Below are positions 32,689-43,999 of a stretch of 64,000 bases of DNA, one piece after another. Source of the DNA: Pseudomonadota bacterium (GTDB taxonomy: Bacteria > Pseudomonadota > Gammaproteobacteria > JAKAQQ01). The position numbers and the translations under genes are program-made. A model generated the notes under the pieces. That model did no database searches and was not told where the DNA came from. It worked only from the letters and a program-made list of their open reading frames with translations. The stretch's first letter is position 1. Each line of letters begins with the position of its first letter. The stretch covers positions 676-64,675 of the forward strand of contig DAHXNI010000019.1 of NCBI GenBank assembly GCA_027365475.1, in the 5' to 3' direction.

Positions 32689-33081
32689 ATGAACAAACTG
32701 TCGAAAGATCTGCGTTATACGGCGAGCCATGAATGGGTGCGCCGCGATTCCGAACACGAAATCACGATCGGGATCACCGAACACGCCCAGGAGGCATTGG
32801 GCGATCTCGTCTACGCGGAAATCTACCCGGTAGGCAAGCGCCTTGAGGCCGGGGATGTCTGTGCGGTGGTCGAATCCGTCAAGGCGGCGTCGGATGTATA
32901 CGCCCCGGTTGCGGGCACCATCGCCGCGGGCAATCCCGCTCTGGCGCAATCCCCCGAGATCATCAATCGTGATCCTTATGGCGAGGGTTGGCTCCTCAAG
33001 GTGAAAACGGCTCACCCCGTCGATCTCACGGATCTTTTGGATGCGGCCGGCTACGAACGCGTGCTTGCCGAAGCGCACTGA
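32689..33081 (+). CDS. gcvH: Glycine cleavage H protein
   Basis: [11 protein letters not shown] lipoyl-Lys motif; HEWV. Confidence 0.96.
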   Translation: MNKLSKDLRYTASHEWVRRDSEHEITIGITEHAQEALGDLVYAEIYPVGKRLEAGDVCAVVESVKAASDVYAPVAGTIAAGNPALAQSPEIINRDPYGEGWLLKVKTAHPVDLTDLLDAAGYERVLAEAH

Positions 33082-33095
33082 CCCGGAGATTTTTC

Positions 33096-34508
33096 ATGCC
33101 ATTCATCCCCCATACCCGGGAAGATGTCGATCACATGCTCAAAAAGCTCGGAGTCGCACGGGTCGAGGATCTCTTTGACGAGATTCCGTCCGCGCTCCGG
33201 ATCGATGCGCTTCCGGAATCGGTTCCTGCACAAGTTTCCGAGCAGACGGTGACCCGCCTCATGCGTGAGCGCGCCCGGCAGGATACTCCGGGACTCTGTT
33301 TTCTCGGTGCCGGTGCTTATGACCACTTCATTCCGGCAGCCGTATGGGAAATCGTGACTCGTGGAGAGTTCTACAGCGCCTATACGCCCTATCAGGCCGA
33401 GGCGAGCCAGGGAACGCTTCAGGTCATCTACGAGTTCCAGTCGATGATGACCGAGCTCACGGGTCTCGAAGTATCCAATGCATCACTTTATGACGGTGCG
33501 AGCGCGCTGGCCGAGGCCATTCTCATGGCTTGCCGTATCCAAAACCAGAAAGGGGGCGGCTCCGTGGCGCTCCTGCCGGAAGCCCTGCATCCCGCCTACC
33601 GGCGGGTGATCGAGACCATTCTCGAACCCCAGTCGATTGGAACCGAGACGATTCCCTATGACCAGAAATCTGGTCTCCTCGACCGATCCTGGGCTGAGGA
33701 GCGTCTGGCCCGGGGGGGGGTCGGGAGTCTCGTACTTGCGCAGCCCAATTTCTTCGGGCTGCTTGACGCAGTCGATTCCTGGACCGATCTGGCCCACCGT
33801 GCAGGTCTCACCGTGATTGCGCTCGTCAATCCCACGTCACTCGCGATTTTGAACCCACCTGGAAAATGGGGGACCGAGGGGGCAGATATCGTCTGTGGAG
33901 AAGGCCAGCCATTGGGCGTCCCGCTGAGTTCGGGCGGGCCCTATTTTGGGTTTCTGACGAGCCGCAAAAGCCTGGTCCGCCAGATGCCGGGCCGTATCGT
34001 TGGCCGGACGCTCGACCGGGATGGTCGGCCCGGGTTCACGCTCACGTTGCAGGCCCGGGAGCAGCATATCCGGCGTGCGCGCGCCATGTCCAACATCTGC
34101 ACGAATCAGGGGCTTCTGGTGACTGCGGCGACCCTTTATCTCTCCTTCCTCGGACCGACCGGACTCGCCCGGGTCGCCCGCGCGTGTCATGCGCGTACCC
34201 GGCTTCTGGTCGAGTCCCTGACGTCCCTGCCCGGTGTCCGTCCGGTCTTTCCGGGCACACCTTTTTTCCACGAGTATCCGCTGGCGATGGATCGGCCTGC
34301 CCGCCCGGTTCTTGAGGCGCTGTCCGACCAAGGCATACTGGGCGGCTATGATCTCGGAAAATTGAGTCCTGAACTGTCCCATGCGTGGCTTCTCTGCGCG
34401 ACCGAGGCGCGGAGTCCCGAAGACATCGCCTGCTACCGATCCATTCTGGAAAACCTGCTTTCATCTGCCCGGCCCGAGCCGGCGCGGGTGTCCACTCACC
34501 CCAACTGA
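33096..34508 (+). CDS. gcvPA: Glycine dehydrogenase subunit 1
   Basis: [19 protein letters not shown] and [16 protein letters not shown] motifs. Confidence 0.95.
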   Translation: MPFIPHTREDVDHMLKKLGVARVEDLFDEIPSALRIDALPESVPAQVSEQTVTRLMRERARQDTPGLCFLGAGAYDHFIPAAVWEIVTRGEFYSAYTPYQAEASQGTLQVIYEFQSMMTELTGLEVSNASLYDGASALAEAILMACRIQNQKGGGSVALLPEALHPAYRRVIETILEPQSIGTETIPYDQKSGLLDRSWAEERLARGGVGSLVLAQPNFFGLLDAVDSWTDLAHRAGLTVIALVNPTSLAILNPPGKWGTEGADIVCGEGQPLGVPLSSGGPYFGFLTSRKSLVRQMPGRIVGRTLDRDGRPGFTLTLQAREQHIRRARAMSNICTNQGLLVTAATLYLSFLGPTGLARVARACHARTRLLVESLTSLPGVRPVFPGTPFFHEYPLAMDRPARPVLEALSDQGILGGYDLGKLSPELSHAWLLCATEARSPEDIACYRSILENLLSSARPEPARVSTHPN

Positions 34509-34519
34509 GGAGAATGCCG

Positions 34520-35020
34520 ATGGCGACCATCACTTTGCGCGGTCAACCGATCCATACCGGCGGGAACCTGCCGAACATCCATGCCGTTGCTCCCGATTTT
34601 CAACTCGTGAACAGCGATCTCGAAGTCCGTTCACTCAAGGATTTCCATGGACGGAAGAAGCTTTTCAATATTTTCCCGAGCATAGACACGCCGGTCTGTG
34701 CGCTGTCCACCAAGAAGTTTAATGACCAGGCCCGCATGCACCCCGATCCGATTTTCCTCATGGTTTCGGCTGATCTACCGTTTGCCCAAAAGCGCTTCTG
34801 TGGGCTCGAGGGACTTGCAAACGTCACCACCCTGTCCATGATGCGGGATCGCGACTTCGCCCGTGATTGGGGCCTCCTCATCATCGACGGACCCCTGGCT
34901 GGACTCGCGGCCCGTGCGGTCGTCGTTGTCGATGAAAAGGATCGGGTGGTCTATCACGAGCTCGTCCCGGAAATCGGGCAGGAGCCGGACTACACGCGTG
35001 CACTCAAGGCGCTTGGATGA
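34520..35020 (+). CDS. tpx: Thiol peroxidase (atypical 2-Cys peroxiredoxin)
   Basis: FPSIDTPVC (peroxidatic Cys), [12 protein letters not shown] (resolving Cys) and EPDY motifs; alternative ATG at 34514. Confidence 0.94.
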   Translation: MATITLRGQPIHTGGNLPNIHAVAPDFQLVNSDLEVRSLKDFHGRKKLFNIFPSIDTPVCALSTKKFNDQARMHPDPIFLMVSADLPFAQKRFCGLEGLANVTTLSMMRDRDFARDWGLLIIDGPLAGLAARAVVVVDEKDRVVYHELVPEIGQEPDYTRALKALG

Positions 35021-36492
35021 GTGCACTGATCTTCGATCATTCGCGTCCCGGACGGAGGGCACCCGGACTCGCACCGGAGCAGGAGGAGGCGATCGACGAT
35101 CTGCCGCCCGGGTTGTTGCGCCAGCGTCCCCCGTCCCTGCCGGAAGTTTCCGAGCTCGAAGTCGTGCGCCACTACACCCGACTGTCGCAACAGAACTTCT
35201 CGATCGACACCCATTTCTATCCCCTGGGTTCCTGTACCATGAAATACAACCCGCGTGCCGCCAATCACTTGGCGATGCTCGCCGGTTTTCTCGACACCCA
35301 TCCGCTTGCGCCGGCCCGGACCCGCCAGGGATTTCTCGCCTGTGTGTTCGAACTTCAGGAGATGCTCAAAGCGGCCACTGGCATGAGTGCTGTGGTCTTG
35401 AGTCCGATGGCGGGTGCACAGGGCGAGTTCGCAGGCATGGCCATGATCCGTCGCTATCACCGCGCGCGCAAGGATGAGGCCCGGAACGAGGTGCTAGTGC
35501 CGGATGCGGCTCATGGAACCAACCCCGCAAGCGCCGTCATGTCCGGGTTCCGGGTTCGGGAAATACCGACCGATCGGGAGGGGGATGTGGACATGCAGGC
35601 GCTGCGCGCGGCGGTGGGTCCAAAGACCGCAGGCATCATGTTGACCAATCCGTCGACACTCGGTGTTTTCGAGCGCCGGATCCTCGAGATTGCGGAGGTT
35701 GTTCATCAGGCTGGCGGCCTGCTCTACTACGATGGTGCCAATCTCAACGCGATTCTGGGTCGCGTACGGCCAGGGGATATGCAATTCGATGTGTTGCATC
35801 TCAACCTGCACAAGACTTTCTCGACCCCGCATGGTGGCGGTGGACCGGGTGCGGCTGCACTGGGCGTAGGCCCCAGGCTCGAGCCCTTTCTGCCCGTGCC
35901 TTTTGTGGTGAGAGGGGAGACAGGAGATTTGTCGTGGGTGGACGAGGAGAGCCGTCCTGAGACGATCGGACGGCTGTCGGCATTCATGGGCAACGGGGGT
36001 GTGCTGCTGCGGGCCTATGTGTACGCGCGGCTTCTCGGGCGCACCGGCATGCGCCGGGTGAGTGAGTATGCGACTCTCAATGCCAACTATCTGGCCAGGC
36101 GGCTCGAAGCGGCCGGCTTTGAACTCGCCTATCCCCGGCGCCGGGCCAGCCATGAATGCATCGTGACGTTGCGACGCGAGGCCCGGGAGATGGGTGTTAC
36201 GGCCATGGACTTCGCCAAGCGGCTTCTGGATTATGGAATGCATGCGCCCACCACCTATTTCCCGCTGCTCGTCCCCGAATGCCTGCTCATTGAGCCCACG
36301 GAAACCGAATCGCCAGAGACCCTTGATGCCTTCGTCGATGCCATGACCCGGATTCGCGAGGAGGCGCTGAGCGATCCCGACCGGGTTCGTCATGCACCCT
36401 GGACCACGCCCGTGCGCCGCCTGGATGATGTCCGGGCCGCACGCGAGCTTGATCTTGCGTGGCACCTGGATCGAGGCCCAGACCAGACATGA
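35017..36492 (+). CDS. gcvPB: Glycine dehydrogenase subunit 2
   Basis: [11 protein letters not shown] and [18 protein letters not shown] (PLP-Lys) motifs. Confidence 0.96.
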   Translation: MSALIFDHSRPGRRAPGLAPEQEEAIDDLPPGLLRQRPPSLPEVSELEVVRHYTRLSQQNFSIDTHFYPLGSCTMKYNPRAANHLAMLAGFLDTHPLAPARTRQGFLACVFELQEMLKAATGMSAVVLSPMAGAQGEFAGMAMIRRYHRARKDEARNEVLVPDAAHGTNPASAVMSGFRVREIPTDREGDVDMQALRAAVGPKTAGIMLTNPSTLGVFERRILEIAEVVHQAGGLLYYDGANLNAILGRVRPGDMQFDVLHLNLHKTFSTPHGGGGPGAAALGVGPRLEPFLPVPFVVRGETGDLSWVDEESRPETIGRLSAFMGNGGVLLRAYVYARLLGRTGMRRVSEYATLNANYLARRLEAAGFELAYPRRRASHECIVTLRREAREMGVTAMDFAKRLLDYGMHAPTTYFPLLVPECLLIEPTETESPETLDAFVDAMTRIREEALSDPDRVRHAPWTTPVRRLDDVRAARELDLAWHLDRGPDQT

Positions 36493-37442
36493 TTCTGGTC
36501 TCGGGTTCGCTCGCGTTCGATACGGTCATGCGCTACAGTGGCCGTTTCTCCGACCAGATTCTTGCCGGACACCTCCAGACGCTGAGTGTGGCGTTTGAAG
36601 TCGGCGAGCTGCGCCGGGATTTTGGCGGTTGCGCCGGGAATATCTGCTATTCGCTTGCCCTGCTCGGAGAACCCGCCTGTCCCTGGGGTGCAGTGGGGCG
36701 TGATTTTGCGCCTTACCGGATCTGGCTTGAAGAGCGGGGGACGCCCACCGTCGCGCTCCACCCGGTTGAGGCACTCACCGCACAGGCCTACATCATGACC
36801 GATCAGGATGACAACCAGATCACCGCGTTTCACCCGGGTGCCATGCTCGCTTCCGGACAGGCGCCGTTTCCGAAGACCCTCGAGAAACAGATCCAGATCG
36901 GGGTGGTGGCGCCCGACAGCCGGGAGGGTATGCGCGCGCATGCCCGTGAGTTCCGCGACCGGTCGATTCCGTATCTGTTCGATCCCGGTCAGGCGCTCGG
37001 GATCCTCTCAGAGGAGGATGTGTGCGAGATGGCCTCGGGAGCAGGTGCGATCGCAGTCAACGACTATGAAGCCGGGCTCCTTGAGAAGCGCTTCGGGATC
37101 ACGATCCGGAAACTTCTGGAGCGGGTGGGCGTGGTGATTCAAACGCGTGGACGGGAGGGTTCCTGGATCTGGACGCAGACGGCCGGTCGGGTCGAGATCC
37201 CGCCGGTTGCGCCCGTAGCCGAGGTCGATCCCACAGGATGCGGAGATGCCTATCGGGCTGGTTTCCTTTGGGGTTGGGTCCGCGGACTCGATTGGGCGGT
37301 GACCGGTCGCGTGGCCTCTCTCCTCGGCGCGTTCAAGATCGAGCAGGCGGGGACACAGAACCACCGGTTTCAGGCGGTGGAGTTCTGGTCCCGTTACCGA
37401 TCCGTCTTCGCGCTCGATCCACCCGAACCGTCCCGCACATGA
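36489..37442 (+). CDS. PfkB-family carbohydrate/nucleoside kinase (adenosine kinase-like)
   Basis: [15 protein letters not shown] and [12 protein letters not shown] motifs. Confidence 0.88.
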   Translation: MILVSGSLAFDTVMRYSGRFSDQILAGHLQTLSVAFEVGELRRDFGGCAGNICYSLALLGEPACPWGAVGRDFAPYRIWLEERGTPTVALHPVEALTAQAYIMTDQDDNQITAFHPGAMLASGQAPFPKTLEKQIQIGVVAPDSREGMRAHAREFRDRSIPYLFDPGQALGILSEEDVCEMASGAGAIAVNDYEAGLLEKRFGITIRKLLERVGVVIQTRGREGSWIWTQTAGRVEIPPVAPVAEVDPTGCGDAYRAGFLWGWVRGLDWAVTGRVASLLGAFKIEQAGTQNHRFQAVEFWSRYRSVFALDPPEPSRT

Positions 37443-37488
37443 GGATCGCCTGGACAGTCGGCGGGCTCCGGCCGGTGGCAACCCGGGC

Positions 37489-38679
37489 ATGAGCCGAGCT
37501 TCGGTTTTTCTTGTGCATGGAGAGGAGAGGCGGCTGCGTGCGGGCCATCTCTGGGTGTTCAGCAACGAAATCGATGTGGCGCAAAGTCCGCTCACCTCGT
37601 TTGTTCCGGGCACACTCGTCAATGTATGGGATGCACGCGGACAGGGAATCGGTACGGGATATGTGAACCCCCACTCATTGATCGCGGTACGTCTGCTTGC
37701 GCACGCACCGGATGTGGCGATCGACCGGGATTTTTTCAGGGAGCGCATCGGCCGGGCTATTGCGGCACGGGTCCGGTTTGGGCTAGACCGGTATGGCCGG
37801 ATGGTGTTCGGCGAGGGTGACCGGCTGCCGGGTCTCGTGGTGGACCGATACGGATCGCATCTCGTGGTACAGGTGGGAACGGCCGGCATGGAGGCCTTGC
37901 GGGAAATGATCCAGGATGTCCTCGTTGAATGCTTCGCTCCGGAAGGCATTCTCTATCGCAATGACCTTGAAGCGAGAAAACTCGAGGGCCTGGATCTCCG
38001 GGAAGCTGAAGCATGGGGTACGGTTCCCGAGCACCTCTGGGTCGAGGAAGGCGGGCTCGCATTCCAGGTCTCGCCCTGGCACGGTCAAAAGACGGGGTGG
38101 TTTTTCGACCAGCGGGAGCACAGGGCGCGGGTGGCTCAGCTCTGTCCGGGTCGACGCCTCCTCGATGTTTTCGCCTACACGGGTGGCTTTTCGGTTGCGG
38201 CCCTGGCACAGGGTGCGCGCGAGGCCGTTGCGGTCGATCAATCGGAAGAGGCCCTCGCACTCACGGCTGAAAACGCGAAGCGGAATCAGGTGAGCACACC
38301 ACGGACAATTGTGGCGGATGCCTTCGATGCCCTGCGCATGCTGGCCCAATCCAGAGAGCGCTTCGGAGTGATCGTGCTCGACCCTCCGGCTTTCATCAAG
38401 CGCAAGAAAGATTTCCGTGAGGGACTTTTGGCCTACGAACGGTTGGTGGGGCTTGCTGCCCGCCTGCTCGACAACCCGGGGTTTCTTGTGATCGCCAGCT
38501 GCTCGAGCCATCTCGGGGCAGACGATTTCCGGCAAGCCTTCGCGCGTGGTGTGCGGCGTGCCGGGAGAGAGGCCAGAATAGTGGGCATGGGTGGACAGGG
38601 GCCTGATCATCCCATCCACCCCTCTATTCCTGAAACCGGCTATCTCAAAGTGATCTATGGCCTGATCGAGGAGAGATGA
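37489..38679 (+). CDS. rlmI: RlmI-family 23S rRNA m5C methyltransferase
   Basis: GHLWVFSNE PUA domain, QKTGWFFDQR, LDVFAYTGGF and DPPAF motifs. Confidence 0.85.
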   Translation: MSRASVFLVHGEERRLRAGHLWVFSNEIDVAQSPLTSFVPGTLVNVWDARGQGIGTGYVNPHSLIAVRLLAHAPDVAIDRDFFRERIGRAIAARVRFGLDRYGRMVFGEGDRLPGLVVDRYGSHLVVQVGTAGMEALREMIQDVLVECFAPEGILYRNDLEARKLEGLDLREAEAWGTVPEHLWVEEGGLAFQVSPWHGQKTGWFFDQREHRARVAQLCPGRRLLDVFAYTGGFSVAALAQGAREAVAVDQSEEALALTAENAKRNQVSTPRTIVADAFDALRMLAQSRERFGVIVLDPPAFIKRKKDFREGLLAYERLVGLAARLLDNPGFLVIASCSSHLGADDFRQAFARGVRRAGREARIVGMGGQGPDHPIHPSIPETGYLKVIYGLIEER

Positions 38680-39522
38680 ATGCTCAAATATCCGACCATC
38701 AATCCGGTGGCACTCCAACTCGGCCCGCTGGCTATCCACTGGTACGGGCTCATGTATCTTTTCGGGATTGCAGCCGCATTCTGGCTGCTCCATCGCCGGA
38801 TCCATGGCCGCGTATCGGGCTGGACGGACGACCAGGTTCTGGACATGACCTTTTACGCGGCACTTGGGGTCATTGTGGGAGGGCGGATCGGCTACGTACT
38901 TCTCTACAACCTGCCGTATTATCTGGCCGATCCAATTCGTATCTTCGAAGTCTGGGATGGGGGCATGTCCTTTCATGGCGGCATGCTTGGGGTGATTGCG
39001 GCCATGATGATCTACGGTCATCGAACCGGACGGAATGTTTTTGATCTGACCGATTTCATCGCTCCGGTCGTGCCGCTCGGCCTTCTGGCCGGCCGCGCCG
39101 GCAACTTCATCAACGGTGAACTCTGGGGCGAGGTCAGCCACCTGCCCTGGGCGATGCGCCTGCCCTGTGCCAATCCGCGGTTTTTTTTCTATTGCGGCTA
39201 TGTCGGGCCCGGCTGGAGTGCGCCCCATGTCCCCTCGCAGCTCTATGAACTCGCACTCGAGGGCATCGTACTCTTCGTGGTGCTGTTCTGGTTTTCAGCC
39301 AAGGCCAGACCGCGCATGGCGGTCTCCGGTCTCTTTGCGCTGCTCTATGGCATTTTCCGGACCAGCGTCGAGTTCGTGCGGCTTCCGGATCCACAGCTCG
39401 GGTATCTCGCGTTTGGTTGGCTCACGATGGGGCAAGTCCTGTCGATTCCGATGATCGCCGCAGGAATACTGTTGCTCTATCTGGCCTACCGCCACGAACC
39501 GATGGATTCACCGGTAGTGTGA
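38680..39522 (+). CDS. lgt: Prolipoprotein diacylglyceryl transferase
   Basis: WYGLMY, GGMSFHGG, GRAGNFINGELWG and PSQLYE motifs. Confidence 0.96.
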   Translation: MLKYPTINPVALQLGPLAIHWYGLMYLFGIAAAFWLLHRRIHGRVSGWTDDQVLDMTFYAALGVIVGGRIGYVLLYNLPYYLADPIRIFEVWDGGMSFHGGMLGVIAAMMIYGHRTGRNVFDLTDFIAPVVPLGLLAGRAGNFINGELWGEVSHLPWAMRLPCANPRFFFYCGYVGPGWSAPHVPSQLYELALEGIVLFVVLFWFSAKARPRMAVSGLFALLYGIFRTSVEFVRLPDPQLGYLAFGWLTMGQVLSIPMIAAGILLLYLAYRHEPMDSPVV

Positions 39523-39543
39523 TTTAAATTCCTCACGCAGCCT

Positions 39544-40341
39544 ATGAAAAACTATCTCGATCTCCTCCGGGACATACTCGAAAACGGCGCTCTCAAGCCG
39601 GATCGAACCGGAGTGGGTACCCGGTCCGTTTTTGGCCGCCAGCTGCGCTTCGATCTCGCGGCGGGCTTTCCGGCCGTCACGACCAAGCGGCTCCACATGA
39701 AATCGGTCGTGGAAGAGCTCTTGTGGTTTCTGCGCGGGGAGACGAACGTCCATTCGCTTCAGGCACGGGGTGTCACGATCTGGGATGAATGGGCGGATCC
39801 GGCGGGTGAACTTGGCCCGATCTACGGCTACCAGTGGCGGCACTGGCCTGCATCCGGTGCGAGCGGAGAGATCGACCAGATCGAGGTGCTTCTCAAGGGT
39901 CTCCGTGAGGATCCGGATTCGAGACGCCACATCGTCTCTGCCTGGAATGTCGCCGATCTTCCGGACATGGCACTCGCCCCCTGTCACGTCCTGTTCCAGT
40001 TCTACGTCTCTGCGGGTCGTCTGTCGTGCCAGGTGTATCAGCGGAGCGCGGACGTTTTTCTGGGTTTGCCTTTCAATATTGCTTCGTATGCCCTCCTCAC
40101 CCACCTTCTGGCCGATCAGGCGGGATATTCGGTTGGCGAGCTCATCTGGAGTGGCGGAGATTGCCATCTCTACCGGACTCATCTGGAGGTGGCCCGGATC
40201 CAGCTCGCGCGGGAACCCTACCCACTCCCGCACCTCAGCATCGTTCGGCATGCTGCGCGCTTTGACCAGTACCGGTTTGAAGACTTCGTGCTTGAGAACT
40301 ATCTTCACCACCCGGCGCTCCGGGCTCCCGTCGCCATCTGA
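39544..40341 (+). CDS. thyA: Thymidylate synthase
   Basis: DRTGVGT, LAPCH and [14 protein letters not shown] motifs. Confidence 0.97.
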   Translation: MKNYLDLLRDILENGALKPDRTGVGTRSVFGRQLRFDLAAGFPAVTTKRLHMKSVVEELLWFLRGETNVHSLQARGVTIWDEWADPAGELGPIYGYQWRHWPASGASGEIDQIEVLLKGLREDPDSRRHIVSAWNVADLPDMALAPCHVLFQFYVSAGRLSCQVYQRSADVFLGLPFNIASYALLTHLLADQAGYSVGELIWSGGDCHLYRTHLEVARIQLAREPYPLPHLSIVRHAARFDQYRFEDFVLENYLHHPALRAPVAI

Positions 40342-40418
40342 CGGGATCTGCGCGTGCCCACGTCCGCTGACCCCGATCACCCACACCCGATCCGACCGGA
40401 TCCGATCGGAGACTGCCC

Positions 40419-41687
40419 ATGAATCAAACTGCTCTCGAACGCGATCGCAACGATCCCCTCCTGCCGTTGCGGGCTCAGTTCGAGCTTCCCCCGGGTCCGG
40501 ATGCGATGCCCGTATCGTATCTTTGTGGACATTCACTGGGACCTCTCGTCCGCCAGACGCGTGCATTGCTTGAGGCGGAGCTTGAGGCCTGGGGCGAGAT
40601 GGGGATACTGGGATATGGCAAGAACCCCCATCCCTGGATGCGTTATGCCCATGATCTGCGACCGACGCTCGCACGCCTCGTCGGAGCGCGGGCCGATGAG
40701 GTAGCGGTCATGAACTCACTCACCGTGAATCTTCACGTGCTATTGGCACGTTTCTACCAACCCCAGGGCAGACGCCGGAAAATCCTGATTGATGCACCCA
40801 TTTTCCCGTCAGACCGGATGGCCGTGTCTTCTCAGATTGCCTGGCGGGGTGGCGATCCTTTGGTCGATCTCATCGTGATCGAGCCCGATCCGGGCGAGTG
40901 GGTCGTTCGGCCGGATGCCTTCGTGGAAGCCATCCGGCAGGCGGGCGATACCTTGGCCCTGGTTTGGGTGGGCGGGGTCAACTATCTGAGCGGTCACCTC
41001 CAGCCACTCGGACGCCTTGCGCGCGCCGCGCACGAGCATGGCGCGCTCTGCGGGACCGATCTCGCCCACGCGATCGGCAATGTCGCGTTGAACCTGGATC
41101 GCGATGAGGTCGATTTTGCCACTTGGTGCTCTTACAAATACCTGAACGGCGGTCCGGGTGCGGTGGGCGGACTGTTCGTGCGCTCCCCCTCACCGGAAGC
41201 GGCTCCACACCCCGCACTGCAGGGGTGGTGGGGGCATGAGGAGAAAACCCGCTTCCTGATGGGCCCGGATTTCAGGCCGGAAGAAGGGGCATTGGGCTTC
41301 GCGGTCAGCAATGTGCCGGTTCTCTCGACCACCCCGCTCCATGCCGCACTCCCGCTCTTCGATCAATATCCATTTGCGCAGCTTGCGGAAAAGCGGGAGT
41401 CGCTGATCGGCTATACGATCGCACGGATCGAGGATCTCGCACTCCCGGGGATCTCCTGCATCACCCCACTGGGCGCGGGAAAACACGGCGGACAGCTGTC
41501 TTTTGCCATCGGGCAGGATTGGCCCTGGGGTGAGTCACTGATCCGCGCGCTCGCCGGGCGCGGGGTGATCGCGGACTGGCGTGAACCCCATATCCTCCGG
41601 GTGGCATTTCACCCGCTCTACAACGGTTTTGAGGATGCTGAGCGTTTCGTCGAGGGACTGACCCGGATCATCCGACCTGGCCTCTGA
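40419..41687 (+). CDS. kynU: Kynureninase
   Basis: YLCGHSLG, MNSLTVNLH, DLAHAIGN, WCSYKYLNGGPG and DWREP motifs. Confidence 0.92.
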   Translation: MNQTALERDRNDPLLPLRAQFELPPGPDAMPVSYLCGHSLGPLVRQTRALLEAELEAWGEMGILGYGKNPHPWMRYAHDLRPTLARLVGARADEVAVMNSLTVNLHVLLARFYQPQGRRRKILIDAPIFPSDRMAVSSQIAWRGGDPLVDLIVIEPDPGEWVVRPDAFVEAIRQAGDTLALVWVGGVNYLSGHLQPLGRLARAAHEHGALCGTDLAHAIGNVALNLDRDEVDFATWCSYKYLNGGPGAVGGLFVRSPSPEAAPHPALQGWWGHEEKTRFLMGPDFRPEEGALGFAVSNVPVLSTTPLHAALPLFDQYPFAQLAEKRESLIGYTIARIEDLALPGISCITPLGAGKHGGQLSFAIGQDWPWGESLIRALAGRGVIADWREPHILRVAFHPLYNGFEDAERFVEGLTRIIRPGL

Positions 41688-41848
41688 ATATCGCTTGGCA
41701 CGAGCCCCCATGGTCATCCCGCAAAAGGCTTCATTCACGCACGAGCGTTCCGACTTACAATTCCATCCCGAAACCCCGGATCGAAGGAGGGGCTCCAGTC
41801 GCAGCCTCCTCGGTCTGGTCCGCTTGCTTTCCGGAGAGCCGAGCTTCC

Positions 41849-42499
41849 ATGGATCCCAGTTCCATCCCGAACCATCGCTATCACGTGCGTCAACTGGGCC
41901 TCGTCGACTATGTCGAGACCTGGCAGCGGATGATGGCATTCACGGACGATCGTACGCCGGATACCGTCGATGAGATCTGGTTTCTCGAACATCCGCCGGT
42001 CTATACCCTCGGACTTAACGGGCGTCGTGAACATGTCCTCGACCCGGGAGCTATCCCCGTGATTCAGGTTGATCGCGGCGGTCAGATCACCTATCACGGA
42101 CCGGGACAGCTCGTCGTCTATCCTCTTTTGGATATGAAGCGGTTGGCGCTCGGGCCGCGCGGGCTGGTTCGGATTCTCGAGCGTGCAACTCTGGATTGCC
42201 TAGCCGAGTTCGGGATCGTAGGTCACGCGCGTCCGGAGGCTCCGGGTGTATACGTGGAGATGCGCAAAATTGCATCGATCGGTCTCAGGATCCGACGCGG
42301 GGGCAGTTACCATGGACTCGCGTTCAACATCTCGGTGGATCTGGATCCTTTTCGCGGTATCAATCCCTGTGGCTATCGCGGGCTCGAAATGACCCGCCTC
42401 GTGGATCTTGGTGGGCCTTCGGACCTGAGCGAGGTCATGCCGGTATTGGCGCAGCACCTCGAGCATTGGCTGATCAGGCGGGAGATTCCGGCTGGATAA
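41849..42499 (+). CDS. lipB: Lipoyl(octanoyl) transferase
   Basis: EHPPVYTLG, RGGQITYHGPGQ, KIASIG and INPCG motifs. Confidence 0.96.
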   Translation: MDPSSIPNHRYHVRQLGLVDYVETWQRMMAFTDDRTPDTVDEIWFLEHPPVYTLGLNGRREHVLDPGAIPVIQVDRGGQITYHGPGQLVVYPLLDMKRLALGPRGLVRILERATLDCLAEFGIVGHARPEAPGVYVEMRKIASIGLRIRRGGSYHGLAFNISVDLDPFRGINPCGYRGLEMTRLVDLGGPSDLSEVMPVLAQHLEHWLIRREIPAG

Positions 42500-42501
42500 A
42501 C

Positions 42502-42654
42502 CATCCCGCCCGTAGATTCCAGGCCGCGCGGATCAACATCACGTTACCGCGGCGTATCCTACGGGCAGTCGATGCCTACGCCAGAAAACAAGGTGAGACC
42601 TGATCCGGGTTTATCGCCCGCGCAGTCGTGGACGCAATGCGCAAGCAGGCATGA
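42502..42654 (+). pseudogene. HicB-type antitoxin C-terminal ribbon-helix-helix remnant
   Basis: RINITLPRRILRAVDAYARKQGET*SGFIARAVVDAMRKQA*; TGA at 42601 sits where Arg is expected; no N-terminus. Confidence 0.65.
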
Positions 42655-42782
42655 GCAGCTGCGGAATGCGAGAGTCGCTGACCGGCCAGAAGCGGACGAA
42701 CGCGTGCGTGACAGAAATTTCTACATAGCAGTCATTGGCGTGGAGGATGTCGCGCGACCGCAACGTACGGGTCGCGGCCCAC

Positions 42783-43184
42783 TCACTCGAACGGATTCAG
42801 GATCGGCACATCGAAACGCGAGAAGTCACGCACATTGCGCGTTACAACAGTCAGATCGTGCACCAGTGCCGTTGCCGCAATCATCGCGTCTTCGTAGACG
42901 GTGCTGGACTGGCGGTGCATGAGCTTGGCCCAGCGGCGAAAGCACGCGGCGTCCATCGCGAGCACATTGTAGGAATCCGCCACTTGGCCAGCCCATGCCT
43001 CAAGTTCCTCTGCCTTGGCCGAGTTCTGAGTGCGTGTCGCCTCGATACCGGCCTGGATCTCGCCAATCGTAACCGCGGAAAGATGCAGATCCGGGTCGTC
43101 GGCGTCTTGAATCCAGGCAATCACCTTTGGATTCGGGCGGGGCTTGCGCAGCTCCGATACGACGTTGGTGTCGAGCAGGTACAC
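42783..43184 (-). CDS. PIN-domain toxin (VapC/FitB-like)
   Basis: (GTG)YLLDTNVVSE, IGEIQAG, DAMIAATA and VTRNVRDF motifs; GAGG SD. Confidence 0.9.
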   Translation of the reverse strand: MYLLDTNVVSELRKPRPNPKVIAWIQDADDPDLHLSAVTIGEIQAGIEATRTQNSAKAEELEAWAGQVADSYNVLAMDAACFRRWAKLMHRQSSTVYEDAMIAATALVHDLTVVTRNVRDFSRFDVPILNPFE

Positions 43185-43192
43185 CGCGAACC

Positions 43193-43453
43193 TCAAAGCG
43201 ATGGTATCGAACGTCGCCGATGCCGGCCTCGTGGCGGCAAGGTCAGCTCGGCGCGCGCGAAATCCGTCAGCAGCAGGGTCTTCAGCGACGGCTGCGCGAG
43301 TTGGCACAATCGCTTCCACTCCTGAATTGGCACTAGCACCGCGGTTTCTTCTCCACGGCGCGTGACGACTTGCGGTCCTTCGCGGACGCACGTCTCCAGC
43401 AGCTCGCTGAAGCGTGCTTTGGCATCCTGTACAGCCCAGCTCTTAGCATTCAT
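43193..43453 (-). CDS. Phd/YefM-family antitoxin
   Basis: WAVQDAKARFSELL..GPQVVTRRG motif. Confidence 0.92.
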   Translation of the reverse strand: MNAKSWAVQDAKARFSELLETCVREGPQVVTRRGEETAVLVPIQEWKRLCQLAQPSLKTLLLTDFARAELTLPPRGRHRRRSIPSL

Positions 43454-43459
43454 CCCCGA

Positions 43460-43488
43460 AGTATATGACTAGTCTGATGACTAGTCAA
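43460..43488 (-). promoter_or_regulatory. Sigma-70 promoter TTGACT-N17-TATACT with two GACTAGTC palindromic operators
   Basis: -35 at 43488-43483, -10 at 43465-43460; palindromes at 43467-43474 and 43478-43487. Confidence 0.8.
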
Positions 43489-43999
43489 TCTGTTGCGATA
43501 GACGGCGGAGAGACCTTGCGGAATTCGTGAACCGGCTCGCGACGACCCATCCCCGTCGTGCATCCGAAGAGTCGAGCGGAATGAGCAAGTCAGTATTTTC
43601 TAATCCATAAATGATACTGAACGAGGGGAGTAGTTACAGCAGGAGTATGATTTTCTCCCGGCGGGTGCGGGCGAGACGTCTGGTCATACCGTGCTGGCAG
43701 GGCGTGACCGACGCGATGGCGTCCTTGGGATATGCCTCTCTGCATCATGTGTCCAGCCGATTGTGCACACTCGATGGATCGCATGCGCCACGTAGTGTGA
43801 GCCGTACGGGAACTTAATGTAACTGCCATGGGTATAGACAAGCATGCAACGGGACATGTGTACCGCTGGATCTTCAGTGCGCTGGACAAGGCTCCAAGAT
43901 GGCGTCGGGATGGGTGCGCGGGAACACCAGCTGACCCCCAATGAAGCAGGCCCTCTTCATGCCCGGCCTTGATGCGCGTTTGCAAGCGCGGCCGCACGA

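Noticed and set aside
40365-40412. CCGATC/GATCC micro-repeats upstream of kynU
   Set aside because: Irregular low-complexity sequence without constant period or spacers.
42675-42782. GGCCAGAAGCGGAC and CGGGTCGCGGCC motifs near the TA pair as cassette (attC-like) sites
   Set aside because: No RYYYAAC/GTTRRRY boxes, no clear hairpin and no integron integrase.
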